From Eledone cirrhosa (Eukaryota): DNA of 64,000 nt. Under the pieces are notes generated by a model. That model did not search any database and was not told where the DNA came from. It saw only the letters and a program-made list of their open reading frames with translations. The stretch spans positions 360,220,001-360,284,000 of the forward strand of contig OZ024743.1 in NCBI GenBank assembly GCA_964016885.1, written 5' to 3'. The translations under genes were made by a program, and so were the position numbers. Below are positions 32,615-47,630 of this stretch, piece after piece (positions within the stretch are counted from its first letter, which is position 1; each line of letters begins with the position of its first letter).

Positions 32615-32872
32615 TTACTAGAACCACATTGAAAATTGATCTAAGTAATCGATAATCGACTACCAGCTATTGATTTTGGTATAACTCCAGGAGACACTGT
32701 TACAAGTTCCAATAAAATACAAAATGCCTTTATATCTGCCATGTTCCGAGAAATAATCAATCCAGGGCACATGTGGTGAATTGATATGAGGCCAGAATTT
32801 AATAATTCTTTGATTACAAGATTCTATGTAAAGATGTTTGCATCTCCGAATTTCCATGCCCTGTATATTTTC
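32615..32872 (+). pseudogene. Possible relic host exon (F-type lectin/discoidin-like)
   Basis: tttcatag acceptor and gtaagt donor; LPAIDFG..NPGHMW*IDM..ITRFYV; broken by a 7-bp duplication (TAATCGA) and a TGA. Confidence 0.22.
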
Positions 32873-33059
32873 GTAAGTCATCTTACATTCATTTAAAACC
32901 ACTATAGTAATTCTTTTTACGTATCTACATTAATCATTATCAAATATATATGTGCTAAATTACGATGACTATGTTCCAACTACCTGTCTATATTTCAAAT
33001 GCCACGAGAATTTGTAGATAAATTGACCGACACACAGCAGAGAGATAGATAGATAAATA

Positions 33060-33840
33060 GATACATTTCTTTATTAGCCACAAGGCCACAAAAGAAGGGG
33101 ACGAATACAAATGGCGAGTTTACATACAGGTATAAGAAAATAAAACTATTAATAAAATAATAAATAACAATTGAAATCGCCAATAGGAGGGAGGCGTTAC
33201 ACAGGGGTTGTACACACCCCGAAAAAATGTACAACCCTAATTTCCAGTAGCCACCAAGAGTGAGTACTCCTTTCCTCTCTTCCTCTGTTTCCCCAACCTA
33301 CAGGCTTATATAGAGAGAAGGCCCAACCACTCGGGCCATCTTTGCTACATGCACCCACCTTTTATAAAATTTGCTGGGGTACAGCACCTCTCTCTCCATC
33401 CTGAAACTTCTTCCAAAATGATATTTGAAAAAACGAATCAGTTGTTCGCCGAGAGAAAGGTGTCTGACCTCATCCCTTTTAACCTCGTCCACCATATAAG
33501 CTCTTTCACCATAGCCATAACACATAGGAAAACCGCCTCTCCTTCGTTTTTGAAGGAGGGTGTCGGTTTGATCATGACAATTGACTCGGTGGTCAACTGG
33601 ATTGGTCTCACCCGCGAAAAAAGTCGTTCTACATAGCCCCACAGGTCGGTACCGCCCGGGCAGTGTACAAATGCGTGCGCGACGGTTTCCTCGTCGCGCA
33701 CGCATCTCGGACAGAACTTTTTCGAAGGGTCCCTGCCCGGGCGCCCGTGTCTGTAGATCTTGTCTCGAACTGGTAGAGCTCCTCGGTAGCACTGCCAGGC
33801 CAGGGACTTTTGGAAGTTGTCCATCGGCAATTCCATTCAT
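33060..33840 (-). mobile_element. L1/Tx1-clade LINE 3' fragment (zf-RVT)
   Basis: SLAWQCYRGALPV..CPRC..EETVAHAFVHC..LW..IWWTR; 3' UTR ends AATAAAGAA before (TATC)n. Confidence 0.8.
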
Positions 33841-34030
33841 TAAAATTGCGATGGTAAATAATAGAAGAGTTGATAGAATTAAGACTAATAGAGAATGTTA
33901 ATATCTATTTTGACAATCAAACGGAGATAGAGACAGGCGTTCAATCCTGGTAGTATCTATAATATGAAAATGTAGATTTTAAGCGATAGTTACAATATAA
34001 CGATCGCTCTATTCTGTTATTTAATATGAT

Positions 34031-34036
34031 GTAGCA

Positions 34037-34074
<38 letters not shown>

Positions 34075-34503
34075 TGCTACTGTACGTCTGTATACATATA
34101 TGTATGTACGTATACATACATACTTACATTTAAGTAAGTGCCGTACTAAGAGTGAGAAATGAAATTTCGTTTTCATTTTATTTCAACTTATCGTTTTCGG
34201 TATGCCTGACCGATTTAACTCACTCGATATGCAAATTAGGCTGCTCAGCCGTTAATTTTCATAAGGAAAGTATATACTTTCGAACGTTCAACTATCTGGC
34301 AGAAGGGTATACGGTGCTGATGATAGCTAACAAGCTTGAAACTAGTACATCGTTCCTCTGTCAGTGTTGAACAAAAAGGTGACGTGGTTGCCTTAACACC
34401 GTATGGCATAAATTCAGACTGTTCAGTTTGTTTACAAGCGAACAAAGCGGCGTTATAATAAGCATCCGCTAAACTGATACCTGCATATATGTATATGTAC
34501 CTG

Positions 34504-34557
<54 letters not shown>

Positions 34558-34986
34558 TGCTACTGTACGTCTATATACATATATGTATGTACGTATACAT
34601 ACATACTTACATTTAAGTAAGTGCCGTACTAAGAGTGAGAAATGAAATTTCGTTTTCATTTTATTTCAACTTATCGTTTTCGGTATGACTAACCGATTTA
34701 ACTCACTCGATATGCAAATTAGGCTGCTCAGCCGTTAATTTTCATAAGGAAAGTATATACTTTCGAACGTTCAATTATCTGGCAGAAGGGTATAGGGTGC
34801 TGATGATAGCTAACAAGCTTGAAACTAGTACATCGTTCCTGTGTCAGTGTTGCACAAAAAGGTGACGTGGTTGCCTTAACACCGTATGGCATAAATTCAG
34901 GCTGTTCAGTTTGTTTACAAACGAACAAAGCGGCGTTATAATAAGCGTCCACTCAACTGATACGTGCATATATGTATGTGTACCTG

Positions 34987-35034
<48 letters not shown>

Positions 35035-35150
35035 CATGCTACTGTACGTCTGTATACATATATGTATGTACGTATACATACATACTTACATTTAAGTAAG
35101 TGCCGTACTAAGAGTGAGAAATGAAATTTCGTTTCATTTTATTTCAACTT
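34031..35150 (+). mobile_element. Retrozyme-like tandem, locus 1 (~2.2 units, ~483 bp)
   Basis: Same unit as 56051-59363, slightly diverged; HHRs at 34311-34353 and 34794-34836; inverted cap GTAGCATGC at 34031. Confidence 0.85.
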
Positions 35151-35151
35151 A

Positions 35152-35268
<117 letters not shown>

Positions 35269-37477
35269 CACTATGCAGGATGTATAAATAAAAGAGGAAT
35301 GAAAAATATTGTTGTATGTCGGTCAATAGATAGAATGATGGATTGATAAACAAATAGATATATAGTTATTTCCCATTCTTCATGTTTATATATTTATAGT
35401 TTACTGAGAAACCTGATATATTTTGGTTTCACCTTCTTCATTGGGTTTCAGTAGTTTACATCTCGAAATGGGATTGATATTGTTATTCCTGATTAGTGCA
35501 ACAGTTACTGATGCAACAGATTAAAGGATTTATCAAACAAAAAATTATTCCTTCTCACGAATAAAAATGGAAATGTGGATTTTTATTGTTCATGCTCTTT
35601 TCATGTGACTCAGATCCACTTGAAATGTCTTCAAATCAGAATCAAACTACATTTATGAATTTGCTGGTGCCCTGGTGTATTTCACTTTCCAACATGAGCC
35701 TACTTTTAGAAAGGAAATTATGTGAGAATATAAGAACAACAATTTTAATGTTATCTTGCTTGTCAACATATAAATGCATGAGTAATATATTGAACCATCT
35801 TATATACATCATTGGTATAGATGTATGCGAAATTGTTAAAAATAATGACTCTGTAAGCATCCTATTGATTTTTCACAACACATATGACACCTTTCATCTT
35901 TATGGATATAATATCAGGCCACCATATGCTTTTAACAGATTTACTTGCTTAAATCCTTGGTAACGGCGACAATAGTTTTTTGATAGTTATTTGACTTTTC
36001 TAGTCGGCGCAGCATCAGAGTGTCGGCTTATATGTTATGAAGTGGTTAAAAATGTTCTTAGCGTAGAAGACAAATCACATTTGAACGTATTGCAATTATA
36101 TTTGGTAAAATTAGGATGTAATTAGACTTTGGCACCAATGATAAACTGTACATTTCGCCTACTCTATGACTATAATTACTTACATAAGGGAAAGTCTTAT
36201 GAAAATTACTCATAACGTTGTGCATCTCTTCTCTCTCTCCACACACACAACCACGCGCACACACATACAACCACGCGCACACACACAGACACACACCCAT
36301 GCATACGCACACACACATGCACGCACACACACACTATATATATATGTGTGTGTGTCTGCTGTAGGAGTGTCTGTATGCTTTAATTTCTTTTTATTGTTGT
36401 GTCTATAAAATTAACATCTATTTCTTTCATCATATCTCTCTCTCTCTATGTATATATATATATATATCACTCTGTCACTCTATTTGTCCATTTTCTTTCA
36501 TTCTAATATCTACGTCTAATTACATCTCTAGCTATTCTCTCTATCTCTATCCCTCTCCCTCCCTCTCTCTCTCTCCTTCTGTCTCTCTCTCCTTCTTGTG
36601 ACCGAATGGTTAACAAACATACGTTGCTATCATTACGTAGTGGGTTAGGGCTTACTACGGGGTTTATTGGACAAGTGACATTTGCCATAAATGTGCGTTG
36701 ATCTGTCTTGCGACTGAAATATGTAGAGAATTGCGATAAGGATGCACGTGTATGTGGGATCCTGGAATGCTCAGCTGCTTACAACTTAATTTTAACTGGA
36801 AGACTCTTCGTCAAATACGACGGAATACAATATATATATATATATATATGTGGGAATGAGGTGAGAGAGAGAAACAGGGTAGTTCTTCAATGAATTGTGA
36901 TGTTTATATTGAGTCTCCAATGATATTTTATCATGCCTAATACAAATCTTGTATGAGCCATCAAAAGCTTTGCTCATAACTCGTCTTGAGGGTCAGTTAG
37001 ATATAATGCTTAGCCATAAGAAAAGAAGCGATCGAATTAGTATGAGTGGTGTTGGTGTCATTGATGGAGCCTCTACATTGTTTATGGAGATGTTAGAAAT
37101 AGCAGCCTCATCCTGATGAGTTAAATAAACTACTTTAAAAAAAAAAACGAGCGGCACATTGCGAAATATAGTCGAATCACAAAATACATGCAGTAATGTT
37201 TTATTTATTCTCAAAATTACCCAACCGTCAATTATAAACAAATAACCCTGAATAAATTTCATGTTGTTGTAAATATCTATTATCTCCAATAAAACGATGT
37301 GCTCAAGTAGGAAACCAGACGGTTTAATATTATATAATAACGTTATGACGTAAATACATATATAGCACATCGACTCTCGTAGAAGTCTCTCGCCAATTGT
37401 TGAGTGTTGTGTTGTTCAACGCATACACTCACACATACATACACACAGACACAGACACACATATATATATGTATGTA

Positions 37478-37548
<71 letters not shown>

Positions 37549-37602
37549 CGGCGATGAATTAGTTTTGCGAGGTTTTTTATATGAAATCGTGTGTCGAAAC
37601 AG

Positions 37603-40600
37603 ATATTGTTATATTTGGGGAGGGTCATATTTGCGTAATATTGCCAGAATTAATAACAGAACACACTCACTGTTTGGTTGGTTTTCGCTTCTTGCTGTCT
37701 TTTATATCTGCGATCTAACTTACTCGGTCCTCAATGTTGCCATTGACTGACCGACGGTCAAAAATAATACAGATACAATATAGACACAAACACATATATA
37801 TAGTTTACATAATTTACATAAATCTTTCGTTGCACATCTGCAACATCGTCAGTGGTGTTATATTCATTGTTCCTCCTGTTGTATGTCTACGCCATTTTTT
37901 TGTTCAGTCTGTCTATATATTTATTTATTTATTTGCTTGTTTGTTTATCTTATTTTATTTTGTCTTCTTTGCGCATGCGTTTGCGTGTGTGTATAGTGTT
38001 ATGTGTGATGTGTGACTAGTGTGTATAGTGTTGTGTCTGCTGGGTGACTAGTGTGTGTTTATGTGCTTGTTGTTATTGTGCTTGTGTATGTATTTATTTA
38101 TCTTATTTTATTTTATTTTATTTACTTATTTATACTTCTCTTAGGTCAGTGTTGTTTGTTTGGGTGTTGTTGTTGTTCCACTCATTCTTTCTGTTTAGCT
38201 TTGGTCTTCTAATTTCTATTTCACTGGCCTCTCTGATTTGCCGATCTGCTGGGTCATTCCTATGTTTAGATATTATTCTAATTTCTATGTTGTCTATGTT
38301 ACCGTCATGTTGTTGTCTAGCATGTTCGTATAGTACTGACCCGTTTTTTCGTCCTTTTAGTTCCCCCCAGTGTTGGTCTATCCTTTCACCTATACTACGA
38401 GCTGTCTCACCTATGTATGTTGTTGTCATGTTTCTGCAAGTACCCTCTGTACATCTTATGCTATAGACTACGTTTCTAGTTTTACAGTTTATCCGGGGGT
38501 TCACCTTACATATGATACATTTCCTATTGGTACAGTGGGTTTTCTTAAAAGGGTAGGTTTTGCTGATCAGGGATTTTATGGTGGTTCCTGGCTTTTCTAC
38601 CACCTTTATTTTTAAGTGAGTCTTTCTCAGGGCCTTTCTACACTGGTTAGCTAATTTCCCTCCAAGGGTGGCGTCCACAAACATGACACTCTGATATCTC
38701 TGGTTGTCGTACCATGATGTGGCCTTCCCTATCTTATGTCTAGCCCTATCTAAGCTATTCCATGATTTGCTCCTGTATAGTGGGCAAATTCCTTTCATGT
38801 CCAGTTCTATGAGGGTTTTATACTTTTCCATGGCTCCTTCGTATACTCTGACTCTGTCTCTTTGGTTGTAGCCAGAGAACTGCATGCGGTTGATGAAGTG
38901 TTGGATGTGTCCTTCCATTTCTGTTGGGTCGCACATGCTGGACACATTCTTCATCACTCGTACCAAATCTGCGATCAGAATATTAAACTTAGCACTACTG
39001 GACATTGCTGAGTTTTTGAGTATCAGGTATTTGGAGGCCATGGGTTTAGCATAGTGTGAGTGGAGAATTTGGGCTCTCTCGTCTATAGTGTTAATCCAGA
39101 GTTCTGTGTCTAATACAGGTAGTCTATTGTTAGGGTGTTTGGAAGGGAAGTCTATAGTTACAGTTATACTCTGGTGTATGGAATTAGCTATCTGCTGGAT
39201 GCTTTCCATCGTGCTACGTTCTAAATCAAACTTGTTAGTGCTCTCTAGTGGGGGTGTTCTTATAACTATATTGATATCGTCTACATAACGAGAGTACATG
39301 ATGAGGTCTATGGAGCTTTCATTAAGGAGATCTTTAAGTCTCCTTTCCTACCATACCATGAAAAGGTTGGCAACATCACCAGCTATGCTGACGCCGATGG
39401 CTGCTCCCTCATTTTGGGTGTAGATTTTCTCATTGAACTTAAATATGTGGCCCTTTAGGGTAGTTTTGATACTAGCCCCTATTGCATGTGCGACCATTTT
39501 TCTTACCTGATCAGTGTTTTGGGGGGTCCGTATAGCTTTGGTCCACCCAATCCACCTTCCTATTGGAGTCTTTTTAGCCATTGAGGTTATGGTGGGGGGT
39601 CTACCTCTTATAGGTCTACTAGGGCAGAAACATCTAAAGTCATGGCTGTCTAGGTAGTCAGTGTCGTAGGTAAGTCTAAGTAGGAGGCCCAGTTCGTCTG
39701 TGTCGACGTCGCAGAACTCCACCTCACTCTCAATGATCATCTCCACACATCTTTTCACAGCAAAATCAATGTTAATGGATGGGTACAGTGACACCACATC
39801 CATGCTGCCTATTATGCAGTTGGATAGGCTCCTGTTTTTGTTGCACTCACTGATTCTGCTGAGGAGGTCCTCTGTACTTTCACATATATCTGGGGACATC
39901 TTGATTATGGGGCGTATAACCATTGAGAGGAAGTAGGAGATCCTGTAGTTGCTAGCTATATTAGCTCCGCATACGGGTCTTGTTGGTGGTCCTGTTGTCG
40001 GGTCGTCTACTGTCTTGTGGTCTTTGCGGAGCCCATACAAGGGTGGTATGCCATTGTTAGACGCCTGGAAGTTGTTGGCAGTGTGTCTGCTTGGCTTTAG
40101 GATGTCAGTCCACATCATCATGTGAGCGTTGAGGATTTTTTCTCTCCCATCGTGTGTTAGTTGTGCAACTTTGCTCGTGTTGGTGATGTGGGGTTGCATT
40201 GCCTCGATGTAGTTCGGCATGCTATCTATTGACATCCTACCAGACTTATCTGTGGGTAGGGTAGACACACTACCTCACCATCCCTTGTGCGCTGCTTGAG
40301 GCTAACCAAGCCTTCTACAGGTTTTATCCCAAGTTGTTGGGCCTCTGGTCTGCTCTGTCTCATAGTGCACCTGTCTACTACTTGTCTAATCTTATTTCTA
40401 GCTATGGTGAACTGTGCCTCCGTCTCGTCATCTATTTGCTGTGGTATGCAAACTCTTTTATTAAAGGGTAACCTCGTAGGATAGATATTACCCATCTTAT
40501 ATGTTTTGTCAGCTGGGTTGAAAAATAGTTTCTCTAAGGGGTTGTCGTTATTTCTATCGTCATAGTTGTGTGTGTTGCTATTATTGTTATCATGGTGGTT

Positions 40601-40912
40601 GTTGTTGTTTCTATCATTAGCATTAATATTATTATTGTTATGATTGCTAGATGTATTGTTGTTTACTACACCGTTATTGTTGTTGTTGTTACTGCTATTT
40701 CTACCATTGTGGTTGTTACTATTATTATGTTTCTTGTTTTTGTTGATGTTGCTACATGTACTATTTCCATTATTACCACTGTGCTTATTGCTGTCGTTGT
40801 TCGTATTTTTACCGTTATTACTACTGTGGTCACTGTTGCTGTGTCTGTGGTTAACGTTTCTATTATTATTATTATTGTGGTTATTAGAGAAACTATGACC
40901 CTCCCCAAATAT

Positions 40913-40920
<8 letters not shown>
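37603..40920 (-). mobile_element. Naiad-like Penelope element, 5'-truncated, bounded by a 27-bp inverted repeat
   Basis: ORF remnants 38130-40890 plus 3' UTR; ATATTGTTATATTTGGGGAGGGTCATA at 37603-37629 and inverted at 40894-40920. Confidence 0.8.
38130..40890 (-). pseudogene. PLE RT + GIY-YIG ORF (Naiad-like) with one 5-bp frameshift and one TAG
   Basis: TDKSG, LYGLRKDHK, RPVCGA, SMDVVSLYPSI, GAAIG, RYVDD, LPVLD, YAKPMAS, SGY, C..C.IC..C..RNVVY..C..YIGETARS..ER..H; TAG at 39348-39350 in MVW*E (likely from TGG); CTACC duplication near 40260; Asn-rich N-terminal part. Confidence 0.9.
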
Positions 40921-40964
<44 letters not shown>

Positions 40965-40972
40965 TTATATAT

Positions 40973-41011
<39 letters not shown>

Positions 41012-41243
41012 CAGATATAAATAACAGATTAAAGTTTAAGCAAAGAATCGCTGCTTTCACCGTTAAGGATGAAAGCAGCGATTCTGTGTTTAAACTTTAA
41101 TCTGTTATTTTAATAAATATTTGCTCTACGGTTCTTATATATTTGATATATATTTATCCTTATCGAGCCCTCTTTGGATTTTAGTCTTCAAATTTATTAT
41201 TATTACTATATATATATATAAATATATACACACACATACACAG

Positions 41244-41342
<99 letters not shown>

Positions 41343-41344
41343 TG

Positions 41345-41565
41345 TGTGTGTTTGTGTCTGTGTGTATGTATGTGTGAGTGTATGCGAGAGACTTCTACGA
41401 GAGTCGATGTGCCATATATGTATTTACGTCATAACTTTATTATATAATATTATACCGTCTGGTTTCCTACTTGAGCAAATCCTTTTATTGGAGATAATAG
41501 ATATTTACAACAACATGAAATTTATTCAGGGTTAATTGATTATAATTGACGGTTGGTTAATTTTA
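41345..41565 (-). repeat. Inverted copy of 37215-37460
   Basis: GCGAGAGACTTCTACGAGAGTCGATGTG... is the reverse complement of 37365-37393 and the match continues for ~200 bp. Confidence 0.85.
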
Positions 41566-41687
41566 GTAAATGCTCGGATTTATTCCTTGGAATCTTTGAT
41601 CTTACTCTACAGGTGATATGGCGCATGTTTCTGATATTCTCAGGTATGACATCTTTAATTTAATTTTGTTTGTATTAATTGTGTTAG

Positions 41688-41767
<80 letters not shown>

Positions 41768-41793
41768 TATATATAACTAATTAATTTTGTTAG

Positions 41794-41836
<43 letters not shown>

Positions 41837-42206
41837 CAGAAAATGTATGTCTGTATTTTTAACCACTGGTCAATCAATGATACATGTTGATTGCCAAATA
41901 AATTAACTATGGAGAGATAAAAGATACAGAAGCGAAAACGAACCCAAACCAAACAGTGAGTGTGTTCTGTTATTATTTCTGGTAATATTATAACATTATG
42001 ATCATCCCCAAGTATAAGAATATATATATATATATACATTTACTATCAGATAACTGAGGCATTTAGTCAAACACACTCTAGATTCGGCTTGAAAATTATT
42101 TAATCCTAACCTGAGAGCACTAGCCACATTTCTCTTCCGTTTACCTCTTATAATATTTTCTCGCTTTCATCGCACCCCGTTCGAGATATTTCCAACATTA
42201 TTAATT

Positions 42207-42383
42207 GGCAGTATCGTTAGAGGGTCGGACACCATGCTTTGCGGCATAGAGTTACGGGCCTTTGCGATCTGAGTTCAAATCCCGCCGAGGTTAACTTTGC
42301 CATCCATCCTTACGGGGTCGATAAAATAAAGTACCAGTACTGGGATAATTGCTGGCCTTGTGCCAAAAATAGAAACAATTATT
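42207..42383 (+). mobile_element. tRNA-derived SINE (OK-like)
   Basis: GGCAGTATCGTTAGAG...GAGTTCAAATCCC...GGGGTCGATAAAATAAAGTACCAG. Confidence 0.88.
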
Positions 42384-43136
42384 AAATTTCCTTATTTTCT
42401 AGCAGATGTATAGCTGCACACAAAAGCCCTTTCAGTCGTGTTGTTCAAACACTACTTGTATACAAATTTGAATTAAGTGAGAAAAAGAAGAAATAAAAAC
42501 AGACAAATCCATATTGATATACATAAATTGTTTAAAAGGGTGTTCTATTTTTCGAAATAGAAATTGAAAAAATAAAAATAAAAATGTTTCCAGTTAAAGA
42601 GAAATCTTTACAGAAAATGCATATCTCTTTTCACTTCCACAGAATAATATTTATGTGTGAGTATGCACATATATATTTAAATATAAGCTAATTTTATGTT
42701 TAATCAATACATATAAAATGTATATCGATGTTTTTCTAACATATTTCTACTCCTGTCTAAATTATTTTGATCTGTGTAAAATGGATTTGTCTGGAGCTTT
42801 TTTTAGCGCTCTCTAAGGCTTGTCCCGTTTTATCTATTATTCTAACGTTAGATTACTAGTATTTTAAGGTGGTGTGAGATATATATAGCAAAGATCGAAC
42901 CATACTGATGGAGGAGATCATGGTCTTAAGATGTTTTCCAAAATCGAAAGTTGGGGTTCGATACTAATTACTGTGTTCGAAGGTTTGCATTATTAATTTC
43001 CAGAAACAGATCTGTCTGTGATATTATAGACCATTTAACATCGAGGCGTATGTATTTAAAATTACATATTATTTGTTCTGTATATGCTAGTATAATGCTT
43101 TTTTGTTTTTCAATTAATATATCTTGTTACATATCG

Positions 43137-43192
<56 letters not shown>

Positions 43193-43196
<4 letters not shown>

Positions 43197-44262
43197 TAAA
43201 GTGGTCCCTCATCAGTGATCTTCCAACCATCATCAGTATTTCTTCTCTTTAAAGACCATATACCTCCGGTTGGTGTGAGCAACGGCTAAAGAAAGTCGTT
43301 GGGACATGTAAATAAAGGGAACAGCGAGAGTGTAAACAAACAAAGATGGTGAAGCAAGGAAAAGTGAGGAAGAGCGAGTCAAGTCCAAAGATTTCCATGA
43401 ATATAAGTTCAGTGAAATCGTGAACGAGAGAGAATAAAGACCATCAAACCTGGTTGAAATGTGAGCAAGGAAGGAATTTCGCACAGGTCTAACGGGAGGA
43501 AGAAGGGGTCTAGTCTGTGAATTCGGTAAACATAAGTTCTGTGAAATCGTAGACGAGAGAGAGAAAAAATGCCGACCGACCTGGCCAAGCGTGTGAAAGA
43601 AAAGAATTACGCACAGGTCAAACGGGAAGAAGGAGGAGGACGAGAGGTAGTAACAGAGAGTGAGTGAGTGAAGGGTGAGGAAGAGGCTAATAGAGAGAGT
43701 GGCTGTTAGAGAGGGTAAAGATACAGAGAAAGAGGAAGCAGTAAGAACGAAATAGACGGGTCATAGCGGGAGAATAAAATATGTGTAAATATGAGAATAA
43801 ACGTGCTGCGGAGTTGCAAATGGGTTACATATGAATAAAGTGGTCCTTCATCAGTGATCTTCCAACCATCATCGGTATTTCTTCGCTTTAAAGACCATAT
43901 AGCTCCGGTTGGTGCGAGCAACGGCTAAAAAAAGTCGTTGGGACACGTAAATAAAGGGAACAACGAGAGTGTAAACAAACAAAGATGGTGAAGCAAGGAA
44001 AAGTGAGGAAGAGCGAGTCAAGTCCAAAAATTCCCATGAATATAAGTTCAGTGAAATCGTGAACGAGAGAGAATAAAGACCATCAAACCTGGTTGAAATG
44101 TGAGCAAGGAAGGAATTTCGCACAGGTCTAACGGGAGGAAGAAGGGGTCTAGTCTGTGAATTCGGTAAACATAAGTTCTGTGAAATCGTAGACGAAAGAG
44201 AGAAAAAATGCCGACCGGTCTGGCCAAGCGTGCGAAAGAGAATAATTACTCACAGGTCAAAA
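43193..44262 (-). repeat. Partial tandem, 639-bp period (family D)
   Basis: GAATAAAGTGGTCC at ~43194 and ~43833; near-identical units between (TA)n tracts. Confidence 0.9.
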
Positions 44263-44264
44263 TA

Positions 44265-44307
<43 letters not shown>

Positions 44308-44846
44308 TTATTGAAATAAGCCGGAAAAATATTCCACAGCGGCTGCTACGAGGAATCGAAATTCGTATCTTTGAAATACCACCTGACCATTGGACTAAAT
44401 GACCTCTAAAAACAATTCTGTCTTTTTTAGGCTATTATATGTTTACAGTTATTTTCTGCATCAGACCTTCCCATATTTTCTATGTACATGATAACTCTTC
44501 ACTGTTTCGAAAGGTCCATACTTTACATCCCATGTTGTTTACAATAGTATTCTAACAAATTACCTTTCTAATTTAAACAGGTATTTTGTCAGATAACTTA
44601 TAGCTCAATAATTACAGCAGCCACTCAGTATCTGACGGTTCGGATGTTCGATTACTTTCAGTAATCGCTGGGTACTTTTGTCTGTATCAAGTAGTATTTT
44701 ACTTGATTTTCTAAGTTATCATTTATAGCAATCAACTGTGTTCAGTTATTTTCTGCATCTGAGATACCTCTATTCTCTCTCTCTCGTTTTCACATATATA
44801 TATACATATATATTGGAAAATGTGTGAGATCATTGGTACAGTTAGG

Positions 44847-44903
44847 TATATTTGAAAAAAAAGGAAAAGAATGACTTCACTTGTGTGACTTCACTGTACA
44901 TAT

Positions 44904-44961
<58 letters not shown>

Positions 44962-44964
44962 ATG

Positions 44965-45015
<51 letters not shown>

Positions 45016-45241
45016 CAGGAGGTGTGGTAAGGAACCAGATGGACATAACGCACCAGAGTACTCAATACTTAGGGTAGTAGAGTGGGTAATAGGAAAAGTT
45101 TAACCCCAACGGCAGAGCTCAAGCCGTTTCGACGGCTATTTCTGGACAGTCAAACTTTTTCCTATTACCCACTCTACTACCCTAAGTATTGAGTACTTTG
45201 GTGCGTTATGGTCCATCTGGTTCCTTACCACACCTCCTTCG

Positions 45242-45289
<48 letters not shown>

Positions 45290-45379
45290 TTAAATCTCTC
45301 TCTCTCTCTCTCTCTCTGTATAGATATATACAGTGAAGTCATACAAGTGAAGTCACTCTTTTCCTTTTTTTCAAATATA
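44847..45379. repeat. Foldback containing family A copy 3
   Basis: Arms include the (GA)n and (TA)n tracts plus GTGTGGTAAGGAACCAGATGG... Confidence 0.88.
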
Positions 45380-45861
45380 TATATATATTGAGATAAGCGG
45401 AGCAAGTAAGATTCAAACCTAGTTGCTATTTTTAGTGGCGTGATAGACAACACGTCTATGTTTACTCCCGCTTCTACTAAGGGCTACTTCATGTGTAGGT
45501 CAAATTTACGGCCTCATTCGATTCTGCACTAGCTAGCTGAAAGCAATATATTTTGCCGTTCGAGTAACTTTACGTCCTATGTAAGGGAGAATGCTTTCTG
45601 CAGAGCCGAAAATTTCCATTGGAAGTCCCTCGGATTTCCAATCTTTTGTGAGGTGAAACAGTCGGTAAAAGCAAAAAGAATAGGTAAATATTGAAATTAT
45701 ATTTTTGAATTTATTATGAAAAATTGTTTGAATTTTACTTGCTCCACTTATTTTAATTTTATAGTTCTGGTATGTCAAATTAATACCATAGAACAACAAC
45801 TGTATCATAGATACCCTATATATTTCCAAGAGTACTTAGTACCTGTGGTAATATCGATATC

Positions 45862-45890
<29 letters not shown>

Positions 45891-45897
<7 letters not shown>

Positions 45898-47630
45898 GTT
45901 GCAACTGGTCACTTTTAAGCTCTATGAAGAATTAATAAATTAAAAAATCTGAGCAATATATCATAAATCATGTCTTTAGAATCATCAGATAAAATATATA
46001 CTATTTCTTCTTCTAATTAGCATAATTAACCATATAAAAAATCAATTAGAACAAGCTATAAGAATAAATGCTCTTATGGAGAAATCTCCGACAAATAACC
46101 GAACGTAGCCTCTTCGCGGCGGCCCCAATCGAGTATTTATCCAACATTTCGACAGCATGTAGAAACTGACTAAATATACCATCAACCATACAGAATTAGG
46201 TGTAAAATTAAACTTAGAAGAAATGCGCACATACCGTAATTATATCTCTACCATGGTTTCTTCCTTATTTTTAGACATCCAAATAATAGGAATGTCCTGA
46301 GTTAGGATTCATCAGGAGACAAACTCAAAATCAGACATCTAGTTTATTAATCCGATCCCGCCAAAAATAGATTCAAAAATGGCTAAGAATCGCTCTGTCG
46401 CTGTGGTCAAGACAGACAGAATGTGATTGGTTACTTACTGCTGGTAGGCTTGCTGCTAGAAAGCGCAGCCAAATATCGCCAAATTTAATCTCAACCTATC
46501 GGAAGATTATTAAATATAAAGGTTAACATATACATAAAGTTATAGATATATACATGTTGCAACTGGTCACTTTTAAGCTCTATGAAGAATTAATAAATTA
46601 AAAAATCAGAGCAATATATCATAAATCATGTCTTTAGAATCATCAGATAAAATATATACTATTTCTTCTTCTAATTAGCATAATTAACCATATAAAATAT
46701 CAATTAGAACAAGCTATAAGAATAAATGCTCTTATGGAGAAATTTCCGACAAATAACCGAACGTAGCCTCTTCGCGGCGGCCCCAATCGAGTATTTATCC
46801 AACATTTCGACAGCATGTAGAAACTGACTAAATATACCATCAACCATACAGAATTAGGTGTAACATTAAACTTAGAAGAAATGCGCACATACCGTAATTA
46901 TATCTCTACCATGGTTTCTTCCTTATTTTTAGTCATCCAAATAATAGGAATGTCCTGAGTTAGGATTCATCAGGAGACAAACTCAAAATCAGACATCTAG
47001 TTTTTCAAGTGCTTAAAAGTGACCAGTTGAAACATGTATATATCTATAACTTTATGTATATGTTAACCTTTATATTTAATAATCTCCCGATAGGTTGAGA
47101 TTAAATTTGGCGATATTTGGCTGCGCTTTCTAGCAGCAAGCCTACCCGCCGTAAGCAACCAATCACATTCTTTCTGGCTTGACCACAGCCACATAGCGAT
47201 TCTTAGCCATTTTTGAATCTATTTTTGGCGGGATCGGATTGAAAAACTAGATGTCTGATTTTGAGTTTGTCTCCTGATGAATCCTAACTCAGGACATTCC
47301 TATTATTTGGATGTCTAAAAATAAGGAAGAAACCATGGTAGAGATATAATTACGGTATGTGCGCATTTCTTCTAAGTTTAATTTTACACCTAATTGTGTA
47401 TGGTTGATGGTATATTTAGTCAGTTTCTACATGCTGTCGAAATGTTGGATAAATACTTGATTGGGGCCGCCGCGAAGAGGCTACGTTCGGTTATTTGTCG
47501 GAGATTTCTCCATAAGAGCATTTATTCTTATAGCTTGTTCTAATTGATTTTTTATATGGTTAATTATGCTAATTAGAAGAAGAAATAGTATATATTTTAT
47601 CTGATGATTCTAAAGACATGATTTATGATA
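45891..47630. repeat. 658-bp tandem (~1.7 units) followed by an inverted unit (family E)
   Basis: TATACATGTTGCAACTGG at 45891 and 46549; 47009-47628 is the reverse complement; half-HHR CTGATGAATCCTAACTCAGGA. Confidence 0.9.

Noticed and set aside
39348-39350. In-frame stop in the Naiad-like RT as selenocysteine recoding
   Set aside because: The codon is TAG, not TGA, and is best explained as TGG to TAG in a WW motif.
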